From the IMG/VR virus record IMGVR_UViG_3300023174_000042, positions 124,001 to 188,000 of that record: 64,000 nt of DNA. One strand, given 5' to 3'. The notes beneath the pieces were generated by a model. That model made no database searches. It was not told where the DNA came from and saw only the letters and a list, made by a program, of their open reading frames with translations. Shown here piece after piece: positions 1 through 10,484 of this stretch (positions within the stretch are counted from its first letter, which is position 1; each line of letters begins with the position of its first letter). The translations under genes and the position numbers were made by a program.

Positions 1-6
1 ATCATT

Positions 7-2151
7 ATGAAAGTATCATTTCAATACGAAAATAAAGACTTTAAGAAATATTCAAATTTTGTTAACAGGTTTATAAAACTCCTACAAAAAGAATTTCCTT
101 TAAAAAACGATGTAAAAATCTTTTTTTTAAATGACAAAAAGGGGGAAATGTCCACTGGAAGTAGAATGCCAAATAACATAATTAAGGTTTTGGTCGCCAA
201 CAGATTAAATCGCGACATTATGAGAACTTTGGCTCACGAATGGGTTCATGAATATCAAATGGATGTTCAGAAAAGAAAACAAGGTCCTAATATTGGTGGT
301 AAAAACGAAGATGAAGCAAATGCGTTTGCTGGTAGACTTATTAAAATGTTTGAAAAAGACAACCCTAACTTAGAGGAAATGATGTATGAACAAAAAGGTA
401 TCAGAGGTAAAATTAGTTTAATTAACGAAGAAATAATAACTGAAGAGAAAAAAACGATAAAAGAAAACTTTTTGGTTGAGATGAAAAAAATTGGAATTGA
501 AAAATTACCATATTCATACTCTTCCTTGTCAAGATTTATTGATTCTAAAACAATGAACGTCCATTACAATAAACATTACAAAGGATATGTTGACAAATTA
601 AATAAAGCCATAAAAAAAATTGATGGAGATATGGATTTAGAAGAAATTATTAGATCCATATCAAAATTTGACAAAAATATTAGAAATAACGCAGGAGGTT
701 CTTTTAATCACGCTTTATTTTGGAAAATGTTGTCACCAAAAAAACAATTACCAAAAGGGGAAATTCTTAAAAAGATAAACAAAGACTTTGGAAACATAAA
801 AAAAATGAAAGACGAGTTTAATCAAGCGGCAAAAGATCGTTTTGGATCAGGTTGGGCTTGGTTATACCTTAGCAAAGACGGAAAATTGAAAATAATGTCC
901 ACCCCAAATCAGGATAATCCACTTATGAATGTTGTTAAAAAAGGTGGATTTCCATTATTGGGTTTAGATGTTTGGGAACATGCTTATTATTTGAAATATC
1001 AAAACAAACGAGATGAATATATCAATAACTTTTGGAATGTTGTAAATTGGGAGTTTGTAAATGATTTATATTTGTCAAAAACAAAAAAAGAAAACATTAA
1101 AGAAAATGTTGAGTCTAAAGAAATTATAAATGAGATCAGCTCAACATTTGCATTTCCATACACAGCAAAACAATTAAGAGAATTAATTCATTCGCAGTAT
1201 GTAGGATGCCATGGTCAACAATATAAAAATGGATGTATAGGAAAGATCCAAACAAAAAAATGTAAAACAGATATTGGTGTTTTAGGCGGTGATTATGCAG
1301 AAAAAAAACACGGAGGAACAAGTCAATGGTCTGTAATCAATCGTTTTGACACCAATGGCAAAGTCAAAAAAGAGATTTACAATATTTGGCAAGAAGAAAC
1401 AGAAGGAGTAACAGATTTTAAAACATGGATTAAAGAACATGCATACGATCTTTTTTCAAATGAAGGAATGTATTTAGATAGATTGGCCGAAATAAACGTT
1501 GGGACTATAGAAATTGGTAAAGAAAATGAGGGATACGCAACAAGTATCATCAAACAAATATATAAATTAAATCCTGATGAAGAAGGTATAACTTACGAAA
1601 TATATGAACATTGTTCGGGAGATGTTAATGATAGAAAAAAAGGTCAAGATATAGTTTTAAAAATTAAAGGTCACGACACAATTTATTTTCAAGTCAAACC
1701 ATTTTTAAATCAAAATAACGATATTCAATATTTTGATGGTGGAGATAGAGGACATTATTTCAAAGTAAATTCTTGGAACACAAACAAAAAATATAAAGAA
1801 GAAAATGTTGATGTAATAGTGTATGTTGATAGATCTGAACAAAAATATATTATGTTTAGAAACGATCATAGTAAAATTTTAACAATAGGAACCTCAAGAA
1901 AAAACATACCATATTTTATATATTATTATGAAATGCCGCTCAAAAGTAATTTCCAAGTTCCATTACAAAAAGAAACATCAAGTGCTCCCGTAAAACAATT
2001 AATATCAAAAGATGTAAGTAAACAAATTGAATTTTATAAACAAAGAATTAAATATTTCACAGACAAAATCAAAGAATTGGGTGGTGAAAGTTCTGAAATT
2101 ACTGAAATGATAAATTTCTACAAAAAAGAGTTAAACAAAATATTTATCTAA
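7..2151 (+). CDS. Multidomain protein: ImmA/IrrE-like (M78) metallopeptidase + Fe/Mn superoxide dismutase + C-terminal PD-(D/E)XK-like domain
   Basis: HEWVH...EDEANAFA in aa 1-128. SOD motifs LPYSY, HYNKHY, NNAGGSFNH, FGSGWAWL, NQDNP and DVWEHAYY in aa ~163-356. DRKKGQDIV...FQVKP near the C-terminus. The SOD call is firm; the flanking domains are less certain. Confidence 0.8.
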   Translation: MKVSFQYENKDFKKYSNFVNRFIKLLQKEFPLKNDVKIFFLNDKKGEMSTGSRMPNNIIKVLVANRLNRDIMRTLAHEWVHEYQMDVQKRKQGPNIGGKNEDEANAFAGRLIKMFEKDNPNLEEMMYEQKGIRGKISLINEEIITEEKKTIKENFLVEMKKIGIEKLPYSYSSLSRFIDSKTMNVHYNKHYKGYVDKLNKAIKKIDGDMDLEEIIRSISKFDKNIRNNAGGSFNHALFWKMLSPKKQLPKGEILKKINKDFGNIKKMKDEFNQAAKDRFGSGWAWLYLSKDGKLKIMSTPNQDNPLMNVVKKGGFPLLGLDVWEHAYYLKYQNKRDEYINNFWNVVNWEFVNDLYLSKTKKENIKENVESKEIINEISSTFAFPYTAKQLRELIHSQYVGCHGQQYKNGCIGKIQTKKCKTDIGVLGGDYAEKKHGGTSQWSVINRFDTNGKVKKEIYNIWQEETEGVTDFKTWIKEHAYDLFSNEGMYLDRLAEINVGTIEIGKENEGYATSIIKQIYKLNPDEEGITYEIYEHCSGDVNDRKKGQDIVLKIKGHDTIYFQVKPFLNQNNDIQYFDGGDRGHYFKVNSWNTNKKYKEENVDVIVYVDRSEQKYIMFRNDHSKILTIGTSRKNIPYFIYYYEMPLKSNFQVPLQKETSSAPVKQLISKDVSKQIEFYKQRIKYFTDKIKELGGESSEITEMINFYKKELNKIFI

Positions 2152-2159
2152 ATAAAAGA

Positions 2160-2166
2160 TATTTAT
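2160..2166 (+). promoter_or_regulatory. TATTTAT putative late-promoter element upstream of the neck gene
   Basis: The same heptamer lies 4-23 nt upstream of about 20 structural-gene starts in sense orientation. Confidence 0.65.
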
Positions 2167-2179
2167 ATAAAAAACTTTT

Positions 2180-3304
2180 ATGGCAATTATCAACGAACCA
2201 GAAAGAAGTCAATTCTATCAAAAAGTTAGACACTTACTTGGAGCCCCTTTGAGGTCAGTAGAACTAGAAGATGAAATGATGGATACTCTTCTTGAGTATT
2301 CAATAGACGATTATTCACAGTATGTTCAAGATTGGTTAACAGAATCTCAATGGACTTCACTTTATAATTTGAATCTTGACACACAATCTTTATCTAGAGC
2401 CTTTATAACAAAAAGTTTAGATTTTGAAACAAGATACACCTACGCTTATTCTAAAATCGTTGGTTTACAGGCGGGAGGTGATTGGGAAATAAAAAAAGAT
2501 TACGTCCAATTAGTTCCAAACCAACAAATTTATGAAATACCGGCCGGTCGAGAAGTAAATGAAGTTTTGTGGTTTACACCACCAACATTAAATAATTTAT
2601 TATTTGATCCATGGGCATTTGGTGGAATCGCAGGAGGGGGTATTTCAGGACCTGCGGGATATGCACAAATAGGAAATATGTCGGGTAGTTATTTTTTAAT
2701 GCCAGCGTTTGATATGTTATTAAGAATGCAAGAGATTAACATTCAAAAAAGAATTATTGCGGGTGATTTAACATATTATATAACAGCATTACCTGGTGGA
2801 AAAAAAGCATTACACTTGTTAAACACACCGGGAGGAAAATTTGATTTTGGTAATTCATCATTAATGCAAGGAAAAGTTTGGTATTGGTATTATGACACAT
2901 CACAAGGCGATAGAGATAAATGTTTGGCCGACAATCCTGACATCATATTACTTCCTTCTGATGTCCCTTACAACAAAATTAGTTGGTATAAATTAAATAA
3001 TCCAGCACAAGTATGGGTAAGAAGATGGTTCATTGCTTATTGTAAAGAAACATTGTCAAGAGTTCGCGGAAAATTTAGTGGAAATTTAAAGGCACCTGAT
3101 GGTGATTTACAAATGGATTACGCATCCTTATCAACTGAGGCTAAAGATGAAAAAACTAAATTAATTGACGAACTTATTGGTGCGGATGGTAGACTCACAA
3201 GACTTCGTCCTGAAAAAATAATGGAAAGAGAAGCGTTGTTAGCAGAAAATTTAAACAAACAACTTAAGTTTAGAGCAATGCCTCGTCAAATATATGTAAT
3301 TTAG
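2180..3304 (+). CDS. Neck/head-completion protein (T4 gp13-like)
   Basis: N-terminal LLGAPLRSVELEDEMMD and C-terminal W(V)RRW...RGKFSG pattern typical of gp13-like neck proteins. Confidence 0.7.
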   Translation: MAIINEPERSQFYQKVRHLLGAPLRSVELEDEMMDTLLEYSIDDYSQYVQDWLTESQWTSLYNLNLDTQSLSRAFITKSLDFETRYTYAYSKIVGLQAGGDWEIKKDYVQLVPNQQIYEIPAGREVNEVLWFTPPTLNNLLFDPWAFGGIAGGGISGPAGYAQIGNMSGSYFLMPAFDMLLRMQEINIQKRIIAGDLTYYITALPGGKKALHLLNTPGGKFDFGNSSLMQGKVWYWYYDTSQGDRDKCLADNPDIILLPSDVPYNKISWYKLNNPAQVWVRRWFIAYCKETLSRVRGKFSGNLKAPDGDLQMDYASLSTEAKDEKTKLIDELIGADGRLTRLRPEKIMEREALLAENLNKQLKFRAMPRQIYVI

Positions 3305-3307
3305 TAT

Positions 3308-3655
3308 ATGCCAATACATAGAGAATCACCAACAAGAAAAACCGTATTCAGAGGAGGTAGATCAATTAACTTGAATACTTTTGAAACTATAATTTTAAGC
3401 GACCCAACTTATACTACAAACGGTGAAAATTTAATTGTCGTTAAAGATATCCCTAATTGTAAATTAAAACTTAATTCTACAACCACCGATAAGGTAATAA
3501 TAAAGTCTTTAACAAATTGCACAATTATACCAGATCTAAACAGAATTGATGAAGATTGGGATGAAATTGAAATTAGTAAAGGGTCTTGTGTGGAACTACA
3601 AAACATACAAGGAGTCTGGTATATATTATCGTCCGATGGTTTGAAACTTGATTAA
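3308..3655 (+). CDS. Small putative virion protein
   Basis: 115-aa ORF directly after the neck gene; beta-rich C-terminus (GSCVELQNIQGVWYI). Confidence 0.5.
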   Translation: MPIHRESPTRKTVFRGGRSINLNTFETIILSDPTYTTNGENLIVVKDIPNCKLKLNSTTTDKVIIKSLTNCTIIPDLNRIDEDWDEIEISKGSCVELQNIQGVWYILSSDGLKLD

Positions 3656-6445
3656 CTCATCTTTTGGGACATATTTTTTCATGATATCGTCGGCCCCTTT
3701 ATACATGTGATATGGAGTTTCATTAACACGATTCCAAAACAACATTTCTTCGTCTGAAATTTCCATAACGTCTTCTAACTTATCTTGATCACTTTCATCA
3801 AATGGTTGTCCGTTTATTAATTCACATTGTTCTTTTGTAAAAAATGGTCTTTCTTCGGGATTTTTAATTAATAATGAATTTCTGACTTCCTGTTTAAAAA
3901 CAACTAACAAAGGCTCAACTCTTTTATTAAAAGTTGCAATTGCTCTTTGAATGTTATATTGTCCCTTCATAGTTGGGTTGCTTTCAAGATCTAATGGGTC
4001 AATTCTATAACAATTAAGTTGGATTATTGAATCCAAAGAATCAGGAATAGGACCACCATAAGTTTCGATGTGATCATTAGACCAACCTTTTTTTGGTTTG
4101 TTAACTTTTTGAACATCTCCATGTGATGCTTTCGATCCATTATTAACATAAAATATCACATCACCAAGATTTACATTTAACCCTTCTTTTATTGCCAACT
4201 CCATGTGTGCTTGACGAGACATTGAGTTTCCCGCTTTTGTTGTTGTTTTACTTTTGGAAACATAATCTTCTATTGTTTGTTTTACTTTCGCTTTGTTTGC
4301 AATATCCATTAAAGGAATTTCAAGATCAAAAATTTGTTGTATGTATTCATAATACCACTCAACAAACTCTTGTCCTTTACCATCAAGAAGTAATTTAATC
4401 CCTTTATCTAAAAACTTTTCAATATAAATCGGCATTTTTTTAGATTTAATTGAGTTTCCTGTAAGTTTAATTTTTCCTTTGGCGGTAATTAACGCATAAT
4501 TTTTACGAGCCAAGTTAATACAAGCAGGCCACTGTCCATCGGTGTCAAGGGCCATTTCACCACGCATCGCAAGATCATTAAACTCCATAACATCTGCTTC
4601 TTCACCAACATATTCTTTTCCTTCTTTTACTTTCCAGTTTTGTCCTTTGCCAATATAACGTCTTTCTTCCACACCTTCAGGAACCGAAAAGTTAATACCA
4701 TCCGTGTCCATTACAAGAGGGGTATAACCACGATCCATAAAAAAATGAATCATCATTCGAAGATACTGACGACCAGTACATGTAATCATTTCACCCTTAT
4801 CCATATCACCCCAATGAAATACTTGAGGGGCTGACAAAGCTCCAAACATCGAGTTAATAAAAATCTTAATCGGCAATTGTTTTCTATCGTATGATGTTGA
4901 TTTCTTTTTATCGATTGTTGCAAACTCTTCAGCAAGTTGTTTATATTTAATACGAGTATTTCTAAAATATGTTAAAAGACCTTTCATTGCTCCTGTGACA
5001 TCGCAATCTGGAAACACATCATGAACCAACTGAATTGATGGGTATAGAGACGAGTAGTCAAGTTTTAATACGTTCTTTGAGTAACCTGTTCTAATCAACC
5101 TTGAAAGTCCTCCTACGAAGTTTCCTTTATCGTTTTTAGCAGGTATTGCTAGTTTATGTTTATAAGACCATGCTAACATTAACATTTTCCATAAAGTAGC
5201 AGTTCCCATAGTTGATACTCTTTCATAAGTTGTTGGAAGAAGAGATGCTAATAAAAAAGAACCTTGGTTGAATTCTTCATCAACCAAAAGTGTTTCTTCT
5301 AAGTCGTCGTCAAGATAACGCTCAATAATATTGTCCCCCGTTGTTTTAATATAAATTTTAGAATGTCTTTCACAAACCTCATCGATCTTTGGATCAAGAC
5401 CAATTTTTTTATATTTACCATTTTCAACATTTAACCAATATTCTTCTTTTTCACGATACATAGAACCAATTTTATCATGATCAACATAAACACGATCTGA
5501 AGCCTCAAGTTCTAAATACTTTGTAATGTATTTCAAACCGGCCTCTTTGATGTTTGAATTAATTGCTTGAGCCCTTCTAACAGAATGTAAAATATCAATA
5601 ATATTATAACCCCACATTGAGGTTTGTGTAAATTTTTCTACTTCGTTTGCCAATTTCAAAATAGATTCTTTTTGTGAAATTGGTTTTTCTGAATTTAAAG
5701 ACTTTGCAATTTTTCTAATGTCTAAGTTTAGAATTTTACATCTTTCATAAATCCAATACCAGTCAAAGTTAAATGAGTTATATCCTGATATAATTGATGG
5801 GGTTAATTCTTCTATTGTTCTAAAAAATTCTGTAATACCTCTTCTCTCTTCATCTTCGTTTGTGCATTCAATAACTTTTTTAAACCCCTTGTTTGTTTTA
5901 ATTCCAATCATAAATATTCTACCATCTTTAGGTTCTAAAGATGTTGTCTCAAGGTCAAATACCATTCTTGTAATGTCGTTATATTCCTCAAAACCCTTGA
6001 ATAGTCTTTTTTCTTTTGATATGAGGTATTGCTCAACTGGAGGTAAAATCATAATCAAATCTTTTACATTTTCACCCCAAGGATCAACTCCTCCTTCTCT
6101 AAAAAATTGGATAAGGTTTCTATAACCTTTCATAGACTTAACCATAAAAGTAAGTCCTCGTTCTAAACGATCATTATTATCAGTTCTAAGTTTTTCAATA
6201 ATAATTCCGTGTTTCGACATTGCTTCTTTTTGTAAAGCCTTTGATTTGGAATAAAAATTAAGATTTTTTAAATCTCCGACCCACGCAAATGAAACAAGGG
6301 TGTCTTTTTGAAGTTGTTTTCCTTTACCAGGAACTTCTTTTATTTTAAAGATCTTATCTGTTAAGTAGTCGTATTCTACTGCTACTATGTATTGTTCTGG
6401 ATCGTTTCCTTGTAGGAAATTTTCAATTTCTTCTTGTGATATCAT
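3626..6445 (-). CDS. DNA polymerase family B
   Basis: ExoI FDLETT, ExoII GYNSFNFDW, region II LDYSSLYPS, region III KIFINSMFG, region I MDTDG, KNYA. No intein is evident. Confidence 0.95.
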   Translation of the reverse strand: MISQEEIENFLQGNDPEQYIVAVEYDYLTDKIFKIKEVPGKGKQLQKDTLVSFAWVGDLKNLNFYSKSKALQKEAMSKHGIIIEKLRTDNNDRLERGLTFMVKSMKGYRNLIQFFREGGVDPWGENVKDLIMILPPVEQYLISKEKRLFKGFEEYNDITRMVFDLETTSLEPKDGRIFMIGIKTNKGFKKVIECTNEDEERRGITEFFRTIEELTPSIISGYNSFNFDWYWIYERCKILNLDIRKIAKSLNSEKPISQKESILKLANEVEKFTQTSMWGYNIIDILHSVRRAQAINSNIKEAGLKYITKYLELEASDRVYVDHDKIGSMYREKEEYWLNVENGKYKKIGLDPKIDEVCERHSKIYIKTTGDNIIERYLDDDLEETLLVDEEFNQGSFLLASLLPTTYERVSTMGTATLWKMLMLAWSYKHKLAIPAKNDKGNFVGGLSRLIRTGYSKNVLKLDYSSLYPSIQLVHDVFPDCDVTGAMKGLLTYFRNTRIKYKQLAEEFATIDKKKSTSYDRKQLPIKIFINSMFGALSAPQVFHWGDMDKGEMITCTGRQYLRMMIHFFMDRGYTPLVMDTDGINFSVPEGVEERRYIGKGQNWKVKEGKEYVGEEADVMEFNDLAMRGEMALDTDGQWPACINLARKNYALITAKGKIKLTGNSIKSKKMPIYIEKFLDKGIKLLLDGKGQEFVEWYYEYIQQIFDLEIPLMDIANKAKVKQTIEDYVSKSKTTTKAGNSMSRQAHMELAIKEGLNVNLGDVIFYVNNGSKASHGDVQKVNKPKKGWSNDHIETYGGPIPDSLDSIIQLNCYRIDPLDLESNPTMKGQYNIQRAIATFNKRVEPLLVVFKQEVRNSLLIKNPEERPFFTKEQCELINGQPFDESDQDKLEDVMEISDEEMLFWNRVNETPYHMYKGADDIMKKYVPKDELIKFQTIGR

Positions 6446-6470
6446 AATTATTTACTTTTGGTGTATTTGC

Positions 6471-6496
6471 TGCCGAATAAGGTCGACATTTACCTT
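6471..6496 (-). promoter_or_regulatory. Hairpin/pseudoknot in the polB 5' UTR (candidate translational operator)
   Basis: Minus-strand AAGGU-(AAAUGUCG)-ACCUU; loop UGUCG is complementary to downstream CGGCA. Confidence 0.4.
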
Positions 6497-6505
6497 CGTA
6501 AAAAA

Positions 6506-6534
6506 AATATAATAGTAAAATCTATTCTTGTCAA
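6506..6534 (-). promoter_or_regulatory. Early/middle promoter of polB (TTGACA-N17-TATATT)
   Basis: Exact -35 hexamer and 17-nt spacer. It can also be read as TTTG-N20-TATATTTT, near the Bacteroidota consensus. Confidence 0.6.
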
Positions 6535-6539
6535 ATAAA

Positions 6540-7703
6540 TTATGGGGCCGCAACTACATTAGGGGGAAATATAATTTTTAAATTGTAATCAAAAGTTCCT
6601 ATCCCACCAACTGAAAAACTGTGAGTGTATAAATCTAATGTAGAAACACAAGGATCTCCACCAAAAGGAGCTCCCGATGTTTCATATATGAAAGTTCCTG
6701 TAAAATTTTCTCTAACATGGAAATAAACAACATTTCCAATAGGAACTTGAATTGATCCAAAATTCGTTAAGGTTGGGCAAATAGAAACCGAATTTGCGCT
6801 TAAAAGATTCCATGTCAATCCTACAGGGAATGGTTGAGTAGAAATGAAAGTTGAAGAAAATGCGTAATACACTCTATAATTTTGACTACCATATGAAGGA
6901 TCTAAACCAACATTTATATTCAAATATCCAAACTGATTTGTTTGTGTTGGTGTTGGTGTGGGAGTATTAGTTGGTGTGTTAGTTGGTGTGTTAGTTGGCG
7001 TTGGCGTGTTAGTTGGAGTCACAGTGTTTGTCGGGGTATTAGTTGGGGTTACGGTAGGTGTTTGTGTATTAGTTGGGGTTACGGTAGGTGTTTGTGTGTT
7101 AGTTGGAGTCACAGTTGGTGTAGTTGTGGGGGTAGGTGTTGTAGTGTTTGTAGGTGTATTTGTAGGTGTGTTAGTTGGTGTCACGGTTGGTGTCACGGTT
7201 GGGGTTGGTGTGTTAGTAGGTGTATTAGTTGGCGTTAAACTTAGTATTGGAATTGGAGTTAAAGTTGGTGTTGGGGATGGGAATGGTGTTGTGCAACAAT
7301 TATAATTTAATACATAACAATTATTGTAAGGTAAGGTGTCTGACAAATAACTTTCAGTAATGTTGATAAACAATTGTTCTCTGATTGGTAAAACTAATGT
7401 TCCCGTTTCATTTATAAATAAAAATTGTCCTTCATACCTACCAACTCTACTTGTGTCTTGTGGTGTAAATCTATAATAAACATAATATTCTGGAGAAGCA
7501 TTTGAGTTAACTTCTGTTTTTTCAACAAAACTTGCCGCCTGCGAATATATTTTTGGAATACCAGTATCGGTATCTATCATAGAAAAAAATATGGAAGAAG
7601 TCTCAATAAAAGACATCATTGACGGATAGTCTTCTATACCATCTTTTACAACCTGTAATTTCAAAAGAGGAAGCGTCGAGTTTTGACCTATAGTAAATTC
7701 CAT
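6540..7703 (-). CDS. Putative virion protein: BppU-like N-terminal domain, mucin-like Thr/Pro stalk, C-terminal beta domain
   Basis: N-terminus (F.I.QNSTLP.L...DT...GRYEGQF) is paralogous to the next gene; long TPT(N/V) repeats; TATTTAT at 7717-7723. Confidence 0.65.
   Translation of the reverse strand: MEFTIGQNSTLPLLKLQVVKDGIEDYPSMMSFIETSSIFFSMIDTDTGIPKIYSQAASFVEKTEVNSNASPEYYVYYRFTPQDTSRVGRYEGQFLFINETGTLVLPIREQLFINITESYLSDTLPYNNCYVLNYNCCTTPFPSPTPTLTPIPILSLTPTNTPTNTPTPTVTPTVTPTNTPTNTPTNTTTPTPTTTPTVTPTNTQTPTVTPTNTQTPTVTPTNTPTNTVTPTNTPTPTNTPTNTPTNTPTPTPTQTNQFGYLNINVGLDPSYGSQNYRVYYAFSSTFISTQPFPVGLTWNLLSANSVSICPTLTNFGSIQVPIGNVVYFHVRENFTGTFIYETSGAPFGGDPCVSTLDLYTHSFSVGGIGTFDYNLKIIFPPNVVAAP
6941..7280 (-). 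repeat. Coding low-complexity repeat (TPTN/TPTV)n
   Basis: Repeated gttggtgt-type units on the + strand encode about 110 aa of Thr/Pro. Confidence 0.9.
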
Positions 7704-7745
7704 TTAATCTTTTTCTATAAATACAACAAAAGACCATTTAGTGTC

Positions 7746-8786
7746 CTACGGACAAACACCACCAACACAGTTGTTTATACCACCTGTCACTGTTATATAG
7801 TTGTATGGTATTGTAAACGCCCCACAAAAACTTTGTGATCCATTAAATGGTAAAGTAATCGCGGTTGTATTACCATTACAATTTACATAAAGAGAGTTAA
7901 ATATATTATTTTGAGTTTTTGTATAGGTAAAGCATTTACATGGAAATGAAGTTCCACACTCATGTGAATAAATTACTTGACTATAATTACCAAATAATCC
8001 TGAGTATTGACCAACAAATACTATCGTATTAGGTGAGTATGAAACACCATTTCTAGATAAAATTCGAACCCAAAGACCATTTGTAGAAATAGCATAATTA
8101 TCAAAATTTGGTGAACTCCATAAAGTTTGACCGATAGTCAAGGCCGACATACTAGGAGTATAGGCAGTTACAAAAGCGGTTTCTTGTGAACACGCTAACG
8201 ATGCTGATCCAGAACCAAAAGTAATAACCCATTCTGTATATCCTGTTGGTTCAGGTCCGTGTGTTGTTGAAGTTGTTGTTACAGGTATACTTGTTGTTGA
8301 AGTGGTTGTTGGTGATATGGTCGATGTTGTTGTTGTAACAGGAGGGATTTGTGGTGGTGGAATTGGTTGAGATTTACAACAAGGATAGTCAACAACATAA
8401 CAACTTTGAAATTCAAAGTCGTTAATTATAAAACTATCAGTAACATTTACATATATTTCTTGATTCAAAGGTAAAACCAAAACTCCAGTATCGTTTCTAA
8501 ATAAAAATTGTCCTTTGTATCTTCCTGTTTGTTTTGTATCAAATGGTGTAAATTGATAATAAACATAGTATTGATCTTGTTCGCTAGAGTATAAGGGTTC
8601 TTTTTTTATTATACCGGCAGGTCTTGTTGTTATTTTTGGAATTCCAGTTTCGGTATTTACCATAGAAAAAAATATATCGGTCTCTTCTAAAAACCGCATA
8701 GATCTATCGTAATCAGATCTTCCATCTTTTATAACATTAATTTTTAATGTAGGAAGTGTAGAATTTTTCTTAATAAAGAACTCCAT
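7746..8786 (-). CDS. Putative virion protein, paralog of 6540..7703, with Thr-rich linker and Cys-rich tip
   Basis: Shared ~135-aa N-terminal domain; TTTTST linker; TATTTAT at 8800-8806. Confidence 0.65.
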   Translation of the reverse strand: MEFFIKKNSTLPTLKINVIKDGRSDYDRSMRFLEETDIFFSMVNTETGIPKITTRPAGIIKKEPLYSSEQDQYYVYYQFTPFDTKQTGRYKGQFLFRNDTGVLVLPLNQEIYVNVTDSFIINDFEFQSCYVVDYPCCKSQPIPPPQIPPVTTTTSTISPTTTSTTSIPVTTTSTTHGPEPTGYTEWVITFGSGSASLACSQETAFVTAYTPSMSALTIGQTLWSSPNFDNYAISTNGLWVRILSRNGVSYSPNTIVFVGQYSGLFGNYSQVIYSHECGTSFPCKCFTYTKTQNNIFNSLYVNCNGNTTAITLPFNGSQSFCGAFTIPYNYITVTGGINNCVGGVCP

Positions 8787-8812
8787 TTAATCTTTATTAA
8801 TAAATACTTGAA

Positions 8813-10480
8813 TTAAAATTCTTTTCTTAAATTGCCATCGTAGAAGTCAAATCGATTGTGTTCGGTTGGTGTCATAAGTAGAACACCAGCATGAATTCTT
8901 CCCTTAATTGTTTGTTTATAACAATGAGACATAAGAGTTTGTTCATAAGGAAATTGAAATTTTGTCTCTATATAACATTTGTAATTTCCTTCCTTTGACA
9001 AAAGAATTGGCCAATTCGATAGATATATTTCTCCTGTGGCATAAGGTATACCTTCGTAAGATTTTATGTTTTTAAACTCTAAATTTGGGGAATCAGGATC
9101 TTGTCCATGTCTTGGTAGATTTTGATTCATGGGCCAATGTGTTTTTCTAAACTCTTGATCTACATTATACCAAGACCATTGTTTTTCGTGACTACCATAA
9201 AATTCTGTAAAGTTAAGTTTCAAAAAATCAAATTCTTCCTTTTTGAATAATTGAAAAACTTTTTTATACAAATTTTTTGTTTTTCTATTAAAACCATTTT
9301 TACAAGTGTCGTCTTTACCATTGTAAAAAAACATATCATCCTCCAAAAAATAATAGTAATCCATATCAGATTCGTGAAAGTGTTCAGCAACAAAAACTCT
9401 TCCACCTGTAATTCCAATATTATCTTTTTTAATGTGTTCAAAACCATATTGTTCACACAATTCTTTATAATTCGGAGTGGTCGAAAGATCTGTAGAATTA
9501 TCTAACAAAAACTTTTTTGTTTTATGGATAAAATCAGAATCATACTCTAACATAGATGTTATTAATGTTTCAAATTGTTTTGGACTATTGAATGAAATTA
9601 CATATAAACCAACATCACCCGTTCTATTCTTTATTACTTTGTAATTTTTCTTTAAACTTTTAATTTCTACAGAATCGTTCTTAACATCTTCAAAAAATTT
9701 ATAAACCAAACCATTTGATTCAATTTCAACATAATCTGTAATTGTTGGATTGTTATAAAGTAGAATAGAAAACAAACTTTCTTCCGTTCCCATCAAACCT
9801 TTTTGTAATGTAGATTTCATCAAATTATAATATAGAGTATTCATTTGACGAATAACTTCTTTTGTTCCACCAAAAAAACCACCACGACAAACCTTGTCAA
9901 CTCTTGTTCCCGTTATTTCGGTCATCTTATCGATGTTGAATCCATGAATTTCACGATCTGCTTGATATGGAAAACAAATAAATAAAAAGTTGTCAGATAA
10001 TTTATCTATCTTATCTAAGACCTTATCGTTAGTTAAATAACCCATATGAACGGTGTTTGCTAAACCAGCGTCAATCCAATAAAGTTTTTCTGAATCAAAT
10101 TTATCCAAAAGAACCGCATCATGTAAAATAAACATTTTTGACATAACAAGTGGGTTATACATTTCTAATTTTGCTTGTGTTGAATCTTTTAACCAACCGG
10201 CCAAATTATACCATTTTGGGTTATTTCTAATGTTTTGAATTTGGTCAAAAAACTCACCATTTCTAAACCAACTTAGGTCTCTTAAAATAAATTGGGTGTT
10301 TTCTTCACTTCTTCTTTCTGTGACAAATTTTTCTAGTTCTTTGTCACCAAAAATTATCATATTACAATCAACTTGTAATAGTTGTTCAAATTTATTTAAG
10401 TAATGATCAAAAGACCTTGACCATCCTTCAGAAAGATTCCCTCTTCCAATATCCCATAAACCTGTTACTAATGTTATCAT
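8813..10480 (-). CDS. HtrL/YibB-family glycosyltransferase-like domain fused to a GT-A-like domain
   Basis: ITLVTGLWDIGR, YWIDAG, GGFFGG and GTEES motifs; second domain has ISFNSP...LEDD. Confidence 0.65.
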   Translation of the reverse strand: MITLVTGLWDIGRGNLSEGWSRSFDHYLNKFEQLLQVDCNMIIFGDKELEKFVTERRSEENTQFILRDLSWFRNGEFFDQIQNIRNNPKWYNLAGWLKDSTQAKLEMYNPLVMSKMFILHDAVLLDKFDSEKLYWIDAGLANTVHMGYLTNDKVLDKIDKLSDNFLFICFPYQADREIHGFNIDKMTEITGTRVDKVCRGGFFGGTKEVIRQMNTLYYNLMKSTLQKGLMGTEESLFSILLYNNPTITDYVEIESNGLVYKFFEDVKNDSVEIKSLKKNYKVIKNRTGDVGLYVISFNSPKQFETLITSMLEYDSDFIHKTKKFLLDNSTDLSTTPNYKELCEQYGFEHIKKDNIGITGGRVFVAEHFHESDMDYYYFLEDDMFFYNGKDDTCKNGFNRKTKNLYKKVFQLFKKEEFDFLKLNFTEFYGSHEKQWSWYNVDQEFRKTHWPMNQNLPRHGQDPDSPNLEFKNIKSYEGIPYATGEIYLSNWPILLSKEGNYKCYIETKFQFPYEQTLMSHCYKQTIKGRIHAGVLLMTPTEHNRFDFYDGNLRKEF

Positions 10481-10484
10481 TTTT

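Noticed and set aside
6942-7305. Plus-strand ORFs rich in Val/Gly or Cys/Trp
   Set aside because: Antisense shadows of the TPT repeat; the same applies to 25269..25607 and 25806..26150.
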